Positions 9,426 to 20,637 are shown, counted from the first letter of the stretch. The stretch: 64,000 nt of DNA from a bacterium (GCA_043779265.1 JAYWEM010000058.1:2362-66361), one strand, 5' to 3'. Numbers and translations are program-made. Notes: generated by a model from the letters alone, not told the origin.

Positions 9426-10655
9426 ATGCGTCCCCTCAGCCCTCGGCTCCTGATTCCGGCCCTGCTCGCAGCGCTCCTCCTGCCGGCGACGGCCGCTGCC
9501 CTCGACCGCACGCTCGTCGTGCGCGGCCGCGCCGTGGACCGCGAGGGATCGCCCATCGCTGGTGCGCGCATCAGCGCCCGAGGCGGGGCGACGCTGACCG
9601 CCACCACGGATGCCAGCGGGCGCTATGAACTCCGCGTGATGATCGGGAGTCCGGCTTCACTCGAGCGCGCGTCCTTCGCGCTCGAGGTTCGGGCCGAGTA
9701 CGACGGGCGTCGGCTGCCGTTCGCGATCCAGGGGTCGGCGTTCGCGCTCGATGTCTCGCTGGTCCCTGGCACGCCCGCCAGGGCTCGCGTGCGATCGAAC
9801 GCCCCATCCGCCTCACTCGCGGTCGCCGCGGCGTTCGTGTCGACCGGCGCACCCGAGGCGGTCGTCGAGATCGATTTCGGCGGCGCGGGCGCGGGTGGCG
9901 CCCCTCGACTCTCGGCGGTCGAGGAGGTGCCGGTGGCGAACGGAGCCGGATCGAGTGCCAGCACGCGCCCCTCTCCGCCGTCGACGCCAGCACCCGTCGT
10001 CCGCACGCCTCCGGCCAGCTCGCCGCGCCCGGTGCCGGCCGCCTCATCGGCCCGGCGCGACAGCCTGCGGCGCGTGGCCGCGGCCGAGGCTGCAAGCCTG
10101 CAGCGCGCGCGGGCCGAAACGCTCGCGCGCGCGCGACTCGCCGCACGCGAGGCGCGCGGGAAATCGACACCTCGCATCACGCCGCGGGTCACCACGCCGA
10201 TCGCGACATCGATCGCCGCCTCCGCGCGCCAGGTGGACACGCTTCGCACGGTGCAACTCGTGGTCGAGGTGGATTCGCTCGCGGGTGTCCCGGGTGATCC
10301 GGAGAAGCGTGTCCAGCGGATCGATCCATGGGCCACGACCGCGACCGCCATGAGCGATGTCGATAGTTGCGCCTGCCGGCTTCGTGGCACGGTCGAGGTG
10401 GATTGGGACCGTCCGCTCGAGCAGGATCTCCCGGTCGAGATCCTCTTGACCGGGCCCGCCTCCCAGCGTGCCCAGGTCGAGTTGTTCATCGGCTCGCCCC
10501 GCGAGTTCCACATGGGGCCGCTGCCCTGTGGCACGTACCAGCTCGAACTGCGACCTGCCGGCCGTCTGCGCTACGGCCTCGCACGCGGGGATGGTCGGAT
10601 CGAGTGCCGGGGATCCGCACAGGTTCGCGTGGTCCTGACTCCCGTTCGTCGTTGA
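9426..10655 (+). CDS. secreted protein with carboxypeptidase-regulatory-like (CarboxypepD_reg) beta-sandwich and a P/A/S-rich linker
   Basis: Signal peptide 'MRPLSPRLLIPALLAALLLPATAAA', then 'VRGRAVDREGSPIAGARISA...TDASGRYEL'. A long low-complexity P/A/S/R segment follows, and the C-terminal end has a second sandwich-like region ('GTYQLELRP'). Confidence 0.6.
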   Translation: MRPLSPRLLIPALLAALLLPATAAALDRTLVVRGRAVDREGSPIAGARISARGGATLTATTDASGRYELRVMIGSPASLERASFALEVRAEYDGRRLPFAIQGSAFALDVSLVPGTPARARVRSNAPSASLAVAAAFVSTGAPEAVVEIDFGGAGAGGAPRLSAVEEVPVANGAGSSASTRPSPPSTPAPVVRTPPASSPRPVPAASSARRDSLRRVAAAEAASLQRARAETLARARLAAREARGKSTPRITPRVTTPIATSIAASARQVDTLRTVQLVVEVDSLAGVPGDPEKRVQRIDPWATTATAMSDVDSCACRLRGTVEVDWDRPLEQDLPVEILLTGPASQRAQVELFIGSPREFHMGPLPCGTYQLELRPAGRLRYGLARGDGRIECRGSAQVRVVLTPVRR

Positions 10656-10681
10656 ACGGTTAGCGTCCGGCACGCTCCCGC

Positions 10682-12184
10682 ATGCGCGAACCCCTCCACC
10701 CACGGGCCCTCACCGAGCTCCTGGTCGGCGCGGCGAGTGTGAGCCCTCGCCCCACGGCCGAGAACGCCTGTGCCGAACTCCTGTCGCGCGCCCTTCCGGA
10801 GGGACTCGAACAAGGTCGCGTGTGGACACCGGATCAGCGCGCCATCCTCTGGGCCCATCGCCCGGGTCGTGGCCGCCGCGTGACGTTGATGCTCGGACAT
10901 CACGACACCGTCGGCGCGGACGAGTTCGCCTCGATCGAGACTCCACTCGGCTCGCACATCGCGTTCTCGCCCCGCCCGCTTCGAGACGCCTTGCTCGATC
11001 ATGCCGACCGCCACGGGGCGCCCGAGTCCGTGCTCGCGGATCTTGCCGAGGAGCGCGAGGCGCCCGGCACCTGGATGTTCGGGCGCGGCGCGCTCGACAT
11101 GAAGAGCGGATTGGCGGCCGGCGTCGCCGCTATCTCGACTCTGGCGGAGTCGGAGGCGCCCGAGACCGGCGTCGTTTTCGCAAGTTGCCCGGACGAGGAA
11201 GTGGACTCGGCGGGGATGCATGCACTCGTCCATGCGCTTCCGGCCTGGCTCCAGTCGCGCGATCTCGAACTGGCGGGCGTGCTCAATCTGGACTTCTGCG
11301 AGGGGCCGCACATCCATGTCGGCGCGATGGGCAAGTTGCGCGCGATGCTCTGGGTGCTGGGAGCGCCGACTCATGTCGGTGCACCGTTCGCGGGGGTGGA
11401 CGCGGCCTTCGTCGCCGGCGCCCTCGCACGGGCGCTTCCTCTATCGCCAGCGCTGATCGATCGCTCGGCGGGCGAGGTGGGCCCGGCCGCGGCCGTGCTG
11501 CGCCTGAGGGATCTCAAAGAACGATACGATGTGCAGACTGCGCCCGAGGCCGTGCTCGAATTGAACGTGCAGACCTTGGCCCGCGGCCCGGATGAGACCC
11601 TGATCGCGGTGCGTGATGCCGCGCGTGAGGCGCTCGCGTCCCTCGCCTCGGACGTGCGCTCTCTCTCCGGGAACACCACGGCGTGGCGCGAAGCACCTGC
11701 CGTGATGACGTTCGGCGAGTTGATGGCGGCGGCGGGAGAGGCGTTGCCGAGTTCGGTCCCGGGTGATCCGACGGCGCTCGCGATCGCGGAGCTGCGCTCG
11801 CTTGCGAGGCGAGCGGGCCTGGCGGGGCCGGCGGTCATCGTGGCATTGCTGCCGCCGTTCTATCCGCACACCGCGGCGGGGAACTCATCGTTCACGCGCA
11901 TGATCACCGAGACGCTGGCCGCTGTGGGCGTCGAGTCGAAGGGGCCGTACCCGTTCATCACGGATTCGAGTCTCGTGGCGGGCGATGCGCGACTCGCGGC
12001 CGCAGCGGCGCGCTGGACGCCGGGTGCCATGCGCGCCAGCTTCCCGCCGCCGCCACTCGGAGTCGATGTCGTGAACCTGGGTCCGTGGGGGCGCGACGCG
12101 CACGGACTGTGGGAACGCGTGCGCGCGGACTGGGCGTTCGATCTTCTGCCCCGGTTGATCGAGCGTGTGCTGCGCGCCGTCTGA
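10682..12184 (+). CDS. M20/M25/M40 family metallohydrolase (RocB-like)
   Basis: Motifs 'GHHDTVG', 'FGRGALDMKSGLAAG' and 'PDEEVDSAG'. Confidence 0.7.
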   Translation: MREPLHPRALTELLVGAASVSPRPTAENACAELLSRALPEGLEQGRVWTPDQRAILWAHRPGRGRRVTLMLGHHDTVGADEFASIETPLGSHIAFSPRPLRDALLDHADRHGAPESVLADLAEEREAPGTWMFGRGALDMKSGLAAGVAAISTLAESEAPETGVVFASCPDEEVDSAGMHALVHALPAWLQSRDLELAGVLNLDFCEGPHIHVGAMGKLRAMLWVLGAPTHVGAPFAGVDAAFVAGALARALPLSPALIDRSAGEVGPAAAVLRLRDLKERYDVQTAPEAVLELNVQTLARGPDETLIAVRDAAREALASLASDVRSLSGNTTAWREAPAVMTFGELMAAAGEALPSSVPGDPTALAIAELRSLARRAGLAGPAVIVALLPPFYPHTAAGNSSFTRMITETLAAVGVESKGPYPFITDSSLVAGDARLAAAAARWTPGAMRASFPPPPLGVDVVNLGPWGRDAHGLWERVRADWAFDLLPRLIERVLRAV

Positions 12185-12187
12185 GTC

Positions 12188-12694
12188 TCAGTTCGTGCGG
12201 AAGTTCCCGAACTTGAGCTCGGCCCCGAAGTCATGCTTGCGCAACAGCGTCATCACCTCTTGAAGCGAGTCCTTGTCGGGTGACGTGATGCGCACCATGT
12301 CGCCCTGGATCGAGGACTGCACCTTCTTGAGCTTGTGGTCCTTCAGGTAGCGCACGATGTCGCGGCACTGGTCGCTCGAGAACCCGCTCACCAGTTCGAT
12401 CGACTGCCGCACGCTCATGCCAGCGGCGCCTTCGGACTTGCCGGGCTTGAGGTTCTGAATGGGCACTTTGCGCTTGATCATCTTGGACTGGAGCACATCC
12501 CAGACGGCCTGCAACTTGAAGTCGTCCGGCGCGGTCAGCGTGATCGTGTTGGCCTTGGCATCGAGTTCGATCCCGACCGTGATTCCCTTGAAGTCGAAGC
12601 GCTGCGTGACTTCCTTGGTCGTCTGATCGACGGCGTTGTTCACCTCCATCATGTCGACCCCGGTCGTCACATCGAATGAACTCGAGCTGGCCAT
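12188..12694 (-). CDS. yajQ: YajQ family nucleotide (cyclic-di-GMP)-binding protein
   Basis: Full-length match to the UPF0234/YajQ pattern: 'SFDVTTGVDMMEVNNAVDQTTKEVTQRFDFKG...FGNFR'. Confidence 0.9.
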   Translation of the reverse strand: MASSSSFDVTTGVDMMEVNNAVDQTTKEVTQRFDFKGITVGIELDAKANTITLTAPDDFKLQAVWDVLQSKMIKRKVPIQNLKPGKSEGAAGMSVRQSIELVSGFSSDQCRDIVRYLKDHKLKKVQSSIQGDMVRITSPDKDSLQEVMTLLRKHDFGAELKFGNFRTN

Positions 12695-12722
12695 CGGATC
12701 ATCTCCTCGAGAAGGGCGTTGC

Positions 12723-13235
12723 TCAGCGTGGCGATCGTGCGCGAGCCGAGCGGGGATGGGCTGTCAGGATGCGCGCCGTCACCTCGCGCGCTTCGGCATG
12801 GGCCCCGCCTCGCAGCACCTCGCGGCGCAGTGCGGCGATCGTGAGTCTCTGCGTGTCCCACAGGACGCGCTTCGCGGCAACCGTGGGACTGACGAAACCA
12901 CCGCGGTCGTGTTCCTCGGAGAGCTGCACGCTGTCCGTGCTCGCGACCTCGGCAGCGAAGGCGGGCACCATGCGGATCGAATCGCTCGAGGGATCGTAGA
13001 AGCTCGTGAGATGCGAGAGCGCCCACCAGCGACGCGGCGTCAGCGCGGTCTCCTCGAAGACTTCCCGAGCGGCGGCGACATAGGCCCGCTCGCCGCGCTC
13101 GATCCCACCGGTGATCGGTTGCCATATTCCGGGAAGGGTTCTTTCGAGCGCTCGGCGGAGCAGCAGCAACTCGACTCGCCTCGCGCGTCGCCGAAAGACG
13201 TAAACCTCGACCTGACTGCACTCTACGGGCGTCAT
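12723..13235 (-). CDS. NUDIX hydrolase
   Basis: Nudix box 'GGIERGERAYVAAAREVFEETAL'. The ATG at 13235 is preferred, and an alternative TTG start lies at 13244. Confidence 0.8.
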   Translation of the reverse strand: MTPVECSQVEVYVFRRRARRVELLLLRRALERTLPGIWQPITGGIERGERAYVAAAREVFEETALTPRRWWALSHLTSFYDPSSDSIRMVPAFAAEVASTDSVQLSEEHDRGGFVSPTVAAKRVLWDTQRLTIAALRREVLRGGAHAEAREVTARILTAHPRSARARSPR

Positions 13236-13305
13236 GCCGGGCAAACTACCACAGCCTGTGGAGAACTCGCCGAGCAGCGGCTGGGCGGGCCCCGGGCAGC
13301 CTCAC

Positions 13306-13335
13306 TTGACGCTCGGCAGGGGTGTCCCATAGGTT
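13306..13335 (+). promoter_or_regulatory. candidate sigma70-type promoter of the atp operon (TTGACG-N18-TAGGTT)
   Basis: A near-consensus -35 hexamer and a TAnnnT -10 lie about 70 nt upstream of atpZ. The same architecture recurs at four other intergenic sites. Confidence 0.4.
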
Positions 13336-13407
13336 CCCGCCGCTCTCGCAACTGTTGCGGTTCCTTCGGTTGGAGCCGCTTTGTGAAAAGTTTCACTGGG
13401 CCCCAGC

Positions 13408-13656
13408 ATGACCTCTCCGCACGCACCGAAGGATCGAAGTTCCCTGCGGAAGGCCAGCATGCTGATGGTCATCCCGACCCTGCTGCTCATCGCACCTCTG
13501 GTGGGTTTCTTCCTCGGCAGGTTCCTGGATACGAAGTTCGGCACCGACCCCTGGATCTCCTTCATCGGGCTGGTGGCGGGGTTCGTGGCCGCCGGTCGCG
13601 AGATCGTGTCCATCATCCGCAGAGTCCGTGCAGAAGGGGAGGACGGCAGGCGCTGA
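13408..13656 (+). CDS. atpZ: AtpZ/AtpI-family small membrane protein (F0F1-ATPase gene-1 type)
   Basis: 82 aa with two TM helices, 'MLMVIPTLLLIAPLVGFFLG' and 'ISFIGLVAGFVAAG'. It is the first gene of the atp operon. Confidence 0.7.
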   Translation: MTSPHAPKDRSSLRKASMLMVIPTLLLIAPLVGFFLGRFLDTKFGTDPWISFIGLVAGFVAAGREIVSIIRRVRAEGEDGRR

Positions 13657-13682
13657 CCCCCAAGGGGCTGTGCCGCCTCACC

Positions 13683-15047
13683 ATGGGTCTCGAATTCCTC
13701 GTACGCGTCCGTCGTACTTCGCTGGTGACCGGATTCCTCGGCGCCTTGGCGGCGTTCGCCTACGTCTCGACGTCGACTGGGCTCGGATTCACCGCAGGCC
13801 TGATCTGGTCGCTGTTCAATCTCGGCCTGATCGAGCAGGTGGTGCTGGGCATGACGTCGGCGGATCGCGGTAGCCGCCCGGCGATCACCCGTATCGCGCT
13901 CGGCTTCGCGGGTTCTCTCGCGCTCTTCGCTGCGGGCTGGTGGCTGCTGCTCAAGCTGCCGGCGATCGCGCTCGTCTCCGGATTCACGCTGCCCTTCGGC
14001 ATCATCGTGCTCAAGGCGGCCTCCCGCATGGTGATCGATTCGCCTGCCTGGAGCCGCGCCACGCGCTCCGCCTGGACCGGCATCGTGATCCTCTCGCTCG
14101 TGATCGGCGGCGCCTGGTTCGGCGCGCAGGTGCTGCGCCCGATGATCGCTTCCGACGCGTTTGCGGCCGACACGCACGCACCGGCCGAAGCTGGGCACGC
14201 GGCTGCGACCGATGCGCACGGCGCCACCGACTCGCACGCCAAGCAGTCGGCTGGCCCCAAGGGCTTCCCGCACTTCCTCGGCTTCATCATCGCCGCCAAC
14301 CACGGCACGCCGCTCGGTGACTTCCTCCATCACTTCGAGTACGTGATCTTCGCGATGCTGGTGGCGCTGATCCTGTCGGTGATCTGCATCCTCGCAACGC
14401 GCAACCCCAAGATGATCCCAGGCGGCATGCAGAACGTGGTCGAGTTGGGTGTCGAGACGGCGCGCGACTTCTTCACCGGGATCCTCGGTCCCAAGTACGG
14501 ACCGCCGCTCGTGCCGTTCCTCGGCACGCTGTTCCTCTACATCTGGGCGATGAACTTCTTCGGCACGATCCCGTTCATGCACTCGCCGACGGCGAACCTC
14601 AACATCACCGTGGCCATGGCGCTGACCGTGTTCGCCTACGTGCAGTTCATCGGGTTCAAGGAACTCGGTTTCTTCGGCTACTTCTTCCACTTGATGGGCA
14701 ACCCCAAGTCCGCAGTCGACTGGGCGCTCGTGCCGCTGATGCTGCCGGTCCACGTGATCGGCGAGATCGCCAAGCCCATCTCGCTGTCCTGCCGTCTGTT
14801 CGGGAACATCTTCGGAGAGGACATGCTGCTCGTCGGATTCGCCACCCTGGGCGTGATGACGCTCTCGGGGCTGCATCTGCCGATCGGCATCCCGCTCCAG
14901 GTGCCGTTCATGTTCCTCGGCGTGTTCATCACGCAGCCCGTGCAGGCGCTCGTCTTCACCATGCTCAGCACCATCTACTTCCTCCTCATGCTGCCGCACG
15001 ACCATGGTCACGGTCATGAGGGGGAGGCGCACCACCCCGCTCACTGA
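13683..15047 (+). CDS. atpB: ATP synthase F0 subunit a with an in-frame N-terminal AtpI-like 4-TM extension
   Basis: The C-terminal ~260 aa is a typical subunit a ('LSCRLFGNIFGEDMLL' with the essential Arg). The N-terminal ~115 aa has four AtpI-like TM helices. There is no stop codon between the two parts, and an internal in-frame ATG lies at 14028. Confidence 0.8.
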   Translation: MGLEFLVRVRRTSLVTGFLGALAAFAYVSTSTGLGFTAGLIWSLFNLGLIEQVVLGMTSADRGSRPAITRIALGFAGSLALFAAGWWLLLKLPAIALVSGFTLPFGIIVLKAASRMVIDSPAWSRATRSAWTGIVILSLVIGGAWFGAQVLRPMIASDAFAADTHAPAEAGHAAATDAHGATDSHAKQSAGPKGFPHFLGFIIAANHGTPLGDFLHHFEYVIFAMLVALILSVICILATRNPKMIPGGMQNVVELGVETARDFFTGILGPKYGPPLVPFLGTLFLYIWAMNFFGTIPFMHSPTANLNITVAMALTVFAYVQFIGFKELGFFGYFFHLMGNPKSAVDWALVPLMLPVHVIGEIAKPISLSCRLFGNIFGEDMLLVGFATLGVMTLSGLHLPIGIPLQVPFMFLGVFITQPVQALVFTMLSTIYFLLMLPHDHGHGHEGEAHHPAH

Positions 15048-15067
15048 CCCAAAGTCAAGGAGATCCC

Positions 15068-15304
15068 ATGGATTACCAGGCTGCTCTCGGTCTCGCGCTC
15101 CCGCTCGGCGTCGGCGTTGCCGCCATCGGCTCGGGCATCGGTCTCGGCATGATCGGCAATGGTGCGATGCAGGCCATCGGTCGTCAGCCCGAGGCGACGG
15201 ACAAGATCCAGACCGCGATGATCATCATCGGCGCGTTCGCCGAGGCGCTCACGATCTACGCGTTCGTCACCGTGTTCCTTCTGTCGGGCAAGATCGGCGG
15301 CTGA
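15068..15304 (+). CDS. atpE: ATP synthase F0 subunit c
   Basis: 78-aa hairpin proteolipid with 'GRQPEA' and the carboxylate in 'GAFAEALTIYAF'. AAGGAG SD upstream. Confidence 0.95.
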   Translation: MDYQAALGLALPLGVGVAAIGSGIGLGMIGNGAMQAIGRQPEATDKIQTAMIIIGAFAEALTIYAFVTVFLLSGKIGG

Positions 15305-15384
15305 GCCGCGGGCTCCCGCTCCATCCGCATCCGCACGCGCCGCGCTCCGTGGGTTCGTCCCCGGCGCGATCGCGAGGAGCATTC

Positions 15385-15876
15385 ATGAACGGTCTGATCG
15401 ACATCCAAATCGTCGTCACCCAGATCATCGGCTTCGTGATCTTCGTTCTGATCATGCGGGCGATGGTGTGGAAGCCGATGCTCGCGCATCTCGAAGCTCG
15501 CCGGCAGCGCATCGCCGCGGAGTTCGCGGACGCCGAGCAACGCAAGAGCGAGGCGGATCAGCTGAAGGCGAAGTACGAGGCCGAGATGCGCACCATCGAG
15601 GCCACGGCCCGCCAGCGGCTGCAGGAAGCCATCGCCGAGGGCCAGAAGGTCGCCGGCGAGATCCAACTCGATGCACAGAAGAAGGCACAGAGCCGACTCC
15701 AGCGCGCCGAGGATGAAGTGGCACGTGAGACCGAGAAGGCCAAGGAGATCATCAAGGAACAGGTGATCAGCCTCTCGCTCCGCACGGCCGAGAAGATCCT
15801 CCGCACCAAGCTCGATGACGCGGCGCAGCGTAAGCTCGCCTCGGAGTTCATCGATGAGGTCGGTTCCGCTCGATGA
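15385..15876 (+). CDS. atpF: ATP synthase F0 subunit b
   Basis: The internal ATG at 15385 gives one N-terminal TM helix followed by a long charged coiled coil. Position in the operon fits. Confidence 0.9.
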   Translation: MNGLIDIQIVVTQIIGFVIFVLIMRAMVWKPMLAHLEARRQRIAAEFADAEQRKSEADQLKAKYEAEMRTIEATARQRLQEAIAEGQKVAGEIQLDAQKKAQSRLQRAEDEVARETEKAKEIIKEQVISLSLRTAEKILRTKLDDAAQRKLASEFIDEVGSAR

Positions 15877-16445
15877 AGAACGTCTCCGTCTCCGGCCGTT
15901 ACGCGCGCGCCCTGTTCCTGCTGAGCGAGAAGCGATCGGGCAGGGACCAGGCGGTGCTCGTGCCCGTGCTCGAACTCACGCTCGAGGAGCTGAAGGGCGT
16001 CTCGAAGCTCGTGGCGCCGGGCACGCGGGCCGGTGACTTCCTCACGCATCCCAAGGTGAGCCCCGCCGACAAGCGCGCGGTGCTCGAGCGCGGGCTCACG
16101 GGCAAGGTGCAGCGCAGCGTGCAGGTCTTCGCCGATCTGCTGTTGCGCAAGAAGCGCCTGTCGCTCATGAGCACCATCGCCACCGATTTCCAGGTGCTGG
16201 TGGAACGTGCCAAGGGGTTGCAGCGGGCGGTGGTCACGAGCGCGGTCCCGCTCGAGGATGCCGAGACCACACGACTGCTCGCCGAACTCGAGCGGACGAC
16301 GGGGAAGCGCATCGTGCTCAGCCAGGAGGTCGACCCCTCCTTGCTCGGGGGCGCCTACGTCCGCATCGGAGACCACATCCAAGATCGCAGCGTCAAGACG
16401 CTGCTCGCGACCATCTCGCAGCAGCTCTACGAGACCGGCGTTTGA
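15873..16445 (+). CDS. atpH: ATP synthase F1 subunit delta (OSCP)
   Basis: Operon position, ATGA overlap with atpF, and an OSCP-like C-terminus 'LLGGAYVRIGDHIQDRSVKTLL'. Confidence 0.9.
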   Translation: MKNVSVSGRYARALFLLSEKRSGRDQAVLVPVLELTLEELKGVSKLVAPGTRAGDFLTHPKVSPADKRAVLERGLTGKVQRSVQVFADLLLRKKRLSLMSTIATDFQVLVERAKGLQRAVVTSAVPLEDAETTRLLAELERTTGKRIVLSQEVDPSLLGGAYVRIGDHIQDRSVKTLLATISQQLYETGV

Positions 16446-16487
16446 TCACGCGCCGGTCCATCACCTGAACATCCGGGGTTCCCACCC

Positions 16488-17996
16488 ATGACATTCCGAC
16501 CCGAAGAAGTGAGCGCCATCCTGGCGCAGGAACTCGAACGCTACGAGGCCAAGCTCGAGACCAAGAGCGTCGGCACCGTGCTGTCCGTCGGTGACGGTAT
16601 CGCGCGCGTCTGGGGGCTCGAGGACGCCATGGCCGGCGAGCTGCTCAAGTTCCCGGGCGACGTCATGGGCATGGTGCTGAACCTCGAAGAGGACAACGTC
16701 GGAGCCGTGCTGTTCGGCTCGGACCGCAACATCAAGGAAGGCGATCGCGTCGAGAGCACCGGACGCATCGCCTCCGTGCCGGTCGGCAAGCTGATGATCG
16801 GCCGCGTCGTCAACGCGCTCGGTCAGCCGGTCGACGGCAAGGGCCCGATCGGCTCCGACAAGTACCGCCCGATCGAGTTCAACGCGCCGGGCGTCATCGA
16901 GCGCCAGTCGGTCAAGGAGCCGCTGCAGACCGGCATCAAGGCGATCGATGCCATGATCCCGATCGGCCGCGGCCAGCGCGAGCTCATCATCGGCGACCGC
17001 CAGACGGGCAAGACGACGATCGCCATCGACACGATCATCAATCAGAAGGGCACCGGCGTCATCTGCATCTACGTCGCGATCGGTCAGAAGGAATCGACGG
17101 TCGCCAACGTGGTGGGGACGCTCGAGAAGTACGGCGCCATGGAGTACACGATCGTGGTCACCGCCTCGGCTTCCGAGTCGGCGCCGCTGCAGTACATCGC
17201 GCCCTACACGGGTGTCGCGCTGGGCGAGGAGTTCATGTACGCGGGCGGTCACGTGCTGTGCGTGTACGACGATCTCTCGAAGCAGGCCACCGCGTACCGC
17301 CAGTTGGCGCTGCTGCTGCGCCGCCCGCCGGGTCGTGAGGCGTATCCGGGCGACGTCTTCTACTTGCACTCGCGTCTGCTCGAGCGTGCGGCCAAGCTGT
17401 CCGATGAACTGGGCGGCGGATCGCTCACTGCGCTGCCGTTCATCGAGACGCAGGCGGGTGACGTCTCGGCCTACATCCCGACCAACGTGATCTCGATCAC
17501 CGACGGCCAGATCTTCCTCGAGGGCGACCTGTTCTACTCGGGTGTCCGTCCGGCCATCAACGTCGGTATCTCCGTCTCGCGAGTCGGTGGCTCCGCCCAG
17601 ATCAAGGCGATGCGTCAGGTCGCCGGCCGCCTCCGTCTCGACCTCGCGCAGTACCGCGCGCTCGCGGCATTCGCGCAGTTCGGCTCGGATCTCGACAAGG
17701 CGACGCAGGCGCAGCTGACGCGCGGCGAGCGCATGGTCGAGTTGCTCAAGCAGGGCCAGTTCCAGCCGATGGCCGTCGAGGCGCAGGTGCTCTCGATCTG
17801 GGCCGGCTCGAACGGCTATCTCGACGACATCGCGGTCTCCGCGGTGCACCGCTTCGAGATCGAGTGGCTCGCCTTCATCGATGCGAGTTACCCGGAGCTG
17901 CCGCACAACATCCGCACCACCCAGGCACTCTCGGACGATGACATGAAGCGCCTGCACGAGGCGTGCAAGGCCTTCAAGGCCCAGTTCAAGGCTTAG
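16488..17996 (+). CDS. atpA: ATP synthase F1 subunit alpha
   Basis: Walker A 'GDRQTGKT' and a conserved alpha signature throughout. Confidence 0.97.
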   Translation: MTFRPEEVSAILAQELERYEAKLETKSVGTVLSVGDGIARVWGLEDAMAGELLKFPGDVMGMVLNLEEDNVGAVLFGSDRNIKEGDRVESTGRIASVPVGKLMIGRVVNALGQPVDGKGPIGSDKYRPIEFNAPGVIERQSVKEPLQTGIKAIDAMIPIGRGQRELIIGDRQTGKTTIAIDTIINQKGTGVICIYVAIGQKESTVANVVGTLEKYGAMEYTIVVTASASESAPLQYIAPYTGVALGEEFMYAGGHVLCVYDDLSKQATAYRQLALLLRRPPGREAYPGDVFYLHSRLLERAAKLSDELGGGSLTALPFIETQAGDVSAYIPTNVISITDGQIFLEGDLFYSGVRPAINVGISVSRVGGSAQIKAMRQVAGRLRLDLAQYRALAAFAQFGSDLDKATQAQLTRGERMVELLKQGQFQPMAVEAQVLSIWAGSNGYLDDIAVSAVHRFEIEWLAFIDASYPELPHNIRTTQALSDDDMKRLHEACKAFKAQFKA

Positions 17997-18001
17997 AGGA
18001 C

Positions 18002-18859
18002 ATGCCGTCACTCAAGGATCTCCGCCGGCGCATTCGCGCCACCAAGAGCACGCAGCAGATCACCAAGGCCATGGAGATGGTGGCCGCGGCGAAGCTGAGG
18101 CGTGCCCAGTTGCGCGCGCAGGCGGCGAGCCCCTATGCGGCCAAGATCAGCGAGATGCTGGCCAACCTCTCGGGCGCGGCCTCCGAACTCGAGCACCCGC
18201 TGTTCAAGACGCGCGAGGTCAAGGTCACGGCCCTGGTCCTGGTGACCGCCGAGCGCGGTCTGTGCGGCGCTTACAACAGCAACCTGATCCGCGCGGCCGA
18301 GCTCCGGCTCAAGGCCGCACCGCCCGGCTCGCTCAAGCTGGTGTGCGTCGGCAAGAAGGGGCGCGAGTACTTCAAGCGTCGCAGCTATCCGGTGCTCGCC
18401 AACTACGCCGATCTGCCGACCGAGGCGAGCATCGACTTCGCCCGCACGCTCACGAACGATCTGACCCAGATGTTCCTCGACGGCACGGTCGACCGCATCG
18501 AGGTGGTCTACACGCACTTCGTCAATGCCATCGCGCGCCAGATCATGACCGAGGTGTTCCTGCCGGTCGGTGGCGGCGAGACGCAGTCAGCGGGCCGTGA
18601 CCGCGGCACGATCTTCGAACCCGACGCCGAGCGGATCTTCGGCGAGCTGTTGCCCCGCTACGCCACGGCCAAGCTCTACGCCGGCCTCGCGGACGCGCTC
18701 GCTTCCGAGCACGCTGCCCGCATGGTCGCGATGGGGTCCGCCCGCAAGAACGCGGGCGAGCTCGTGGACAAGCTGACGCTACAGCGCAATCGCCTGCGCC
18801 AGGCCCTCATCACTCGCGAGATCGCGGAGTTGGTGGGTGGCGCCGAAGCGCTCAAGTAA
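18002..18859 (+). CDS. atpG: ATP synthase F1 subunit gamma
   Basis: Starts at 'MPSLKDLRRRIRATKSTQQITKAMEMVAAAKLRRAQ' and ends with 'ITREIAELVGGAEAL'. Confidence 0.95.
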   Translation: MPSLKDLRRRIRATKSTQQITKAMEMVAAAKLRRAQLRAQAASPYAAKISEMLANLSGAASELEHPLFKTREVKVTALVLVTAERGLCGAYNSNLIRAAELRLKAAPPGSLKLVCVGKKGREYFKRRSYPVLANYADLPTEASIDFARTLTNDLTQMFLDGTVDRIEVVYTHFVNAIARQIMTEVFLPVGGGETQSAGRDRGTIFEPDAERIFGELLPRYATAKLYAGLADALASEHAARMVAMGSARKNAGELVDKLTLQRNRLRQALITREIAELVGGAEALK

Positions 18860-18865
18860 ACGTAG

Positions 18866-20323
<1,458 letters not shown>

Positions 20324-20326
20324 ACG

Positions 20327-20611
20327 ATGGCTGCCGCGTTCCGACTCAGCATCCTCACGCCCGAGCGCACGGTGTTCGACGGCAACGTCGAGTACCTGGA
20401 GGCCCCGGGCACCGAAGGCTATTTCGGGGTGCTGGCGCACCATGCGCCGCTCGTGAGCGGGTTGGCCGAGGGCACGCTCAAGGTTCGGCATGTGGGCGGG
20501 GTCGAGGACCGCTGGAAGGTGGCGGGCGGGTTCTTCGAGGTGAGCGACAACAAGGCCACTGTGCTGGCCGACGCGATCTCGGGCGGGCCGACGGCCCAAA
20601 TTAGGAGTTGA
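20327..20611 (+). CDS. atpC: ATP synthase F1 subunit epsilon, short form (N-terminal beta-sandwich only)
   Basis: 94 aa, reading 'LSILTPERTVFDG...EAPGTEGYFGVLAHHAPL...VLADAI'. It stops where the C-terminal helical hairpin normally begins. Confidence 0.85.
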   Translation: MAAAFRLSILTPERTVFDGNVEYLEAPGTEGYFGVLAHHAPLVSGLAEGTLKVRHVGGVEDRWKVAGGFFEVSDNKATVLADAISGGPTAQIRS

Positions 20612-20637
20612 CATCTCCCTGACGCCAGTCCGAGACT
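20608..20637 (+). promoter_or_regulatory. candidate promoter for the downstream secreted-protein gene (TTGACA-N18-GAGACT)
   Basis: A consensus -35 hexamer overlaps the atpC stop codon (TGA at 20609-20611). The -10 is weak. Confidence 0.3.

Noticed and set aside
9950-10210. Repeat-like, GC-rich periodic sequence that could be mistaken for a tandem repeat or array.
   Set aside because: It is in-frame low-complexity P/A/S/R coding sequence inside the 9426-10655 secreted protein. It has no repeat-spacer organisation.
12636-13682. The 5' 349 codons of the 803-aa ORF 12636-15047(+).
   Set aside because: This part is antisense to yajQ and the NUDIX gene and overlaps atpZ in another frame. Its composition is R/G/S-rich. 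The coding part starts at 13683.
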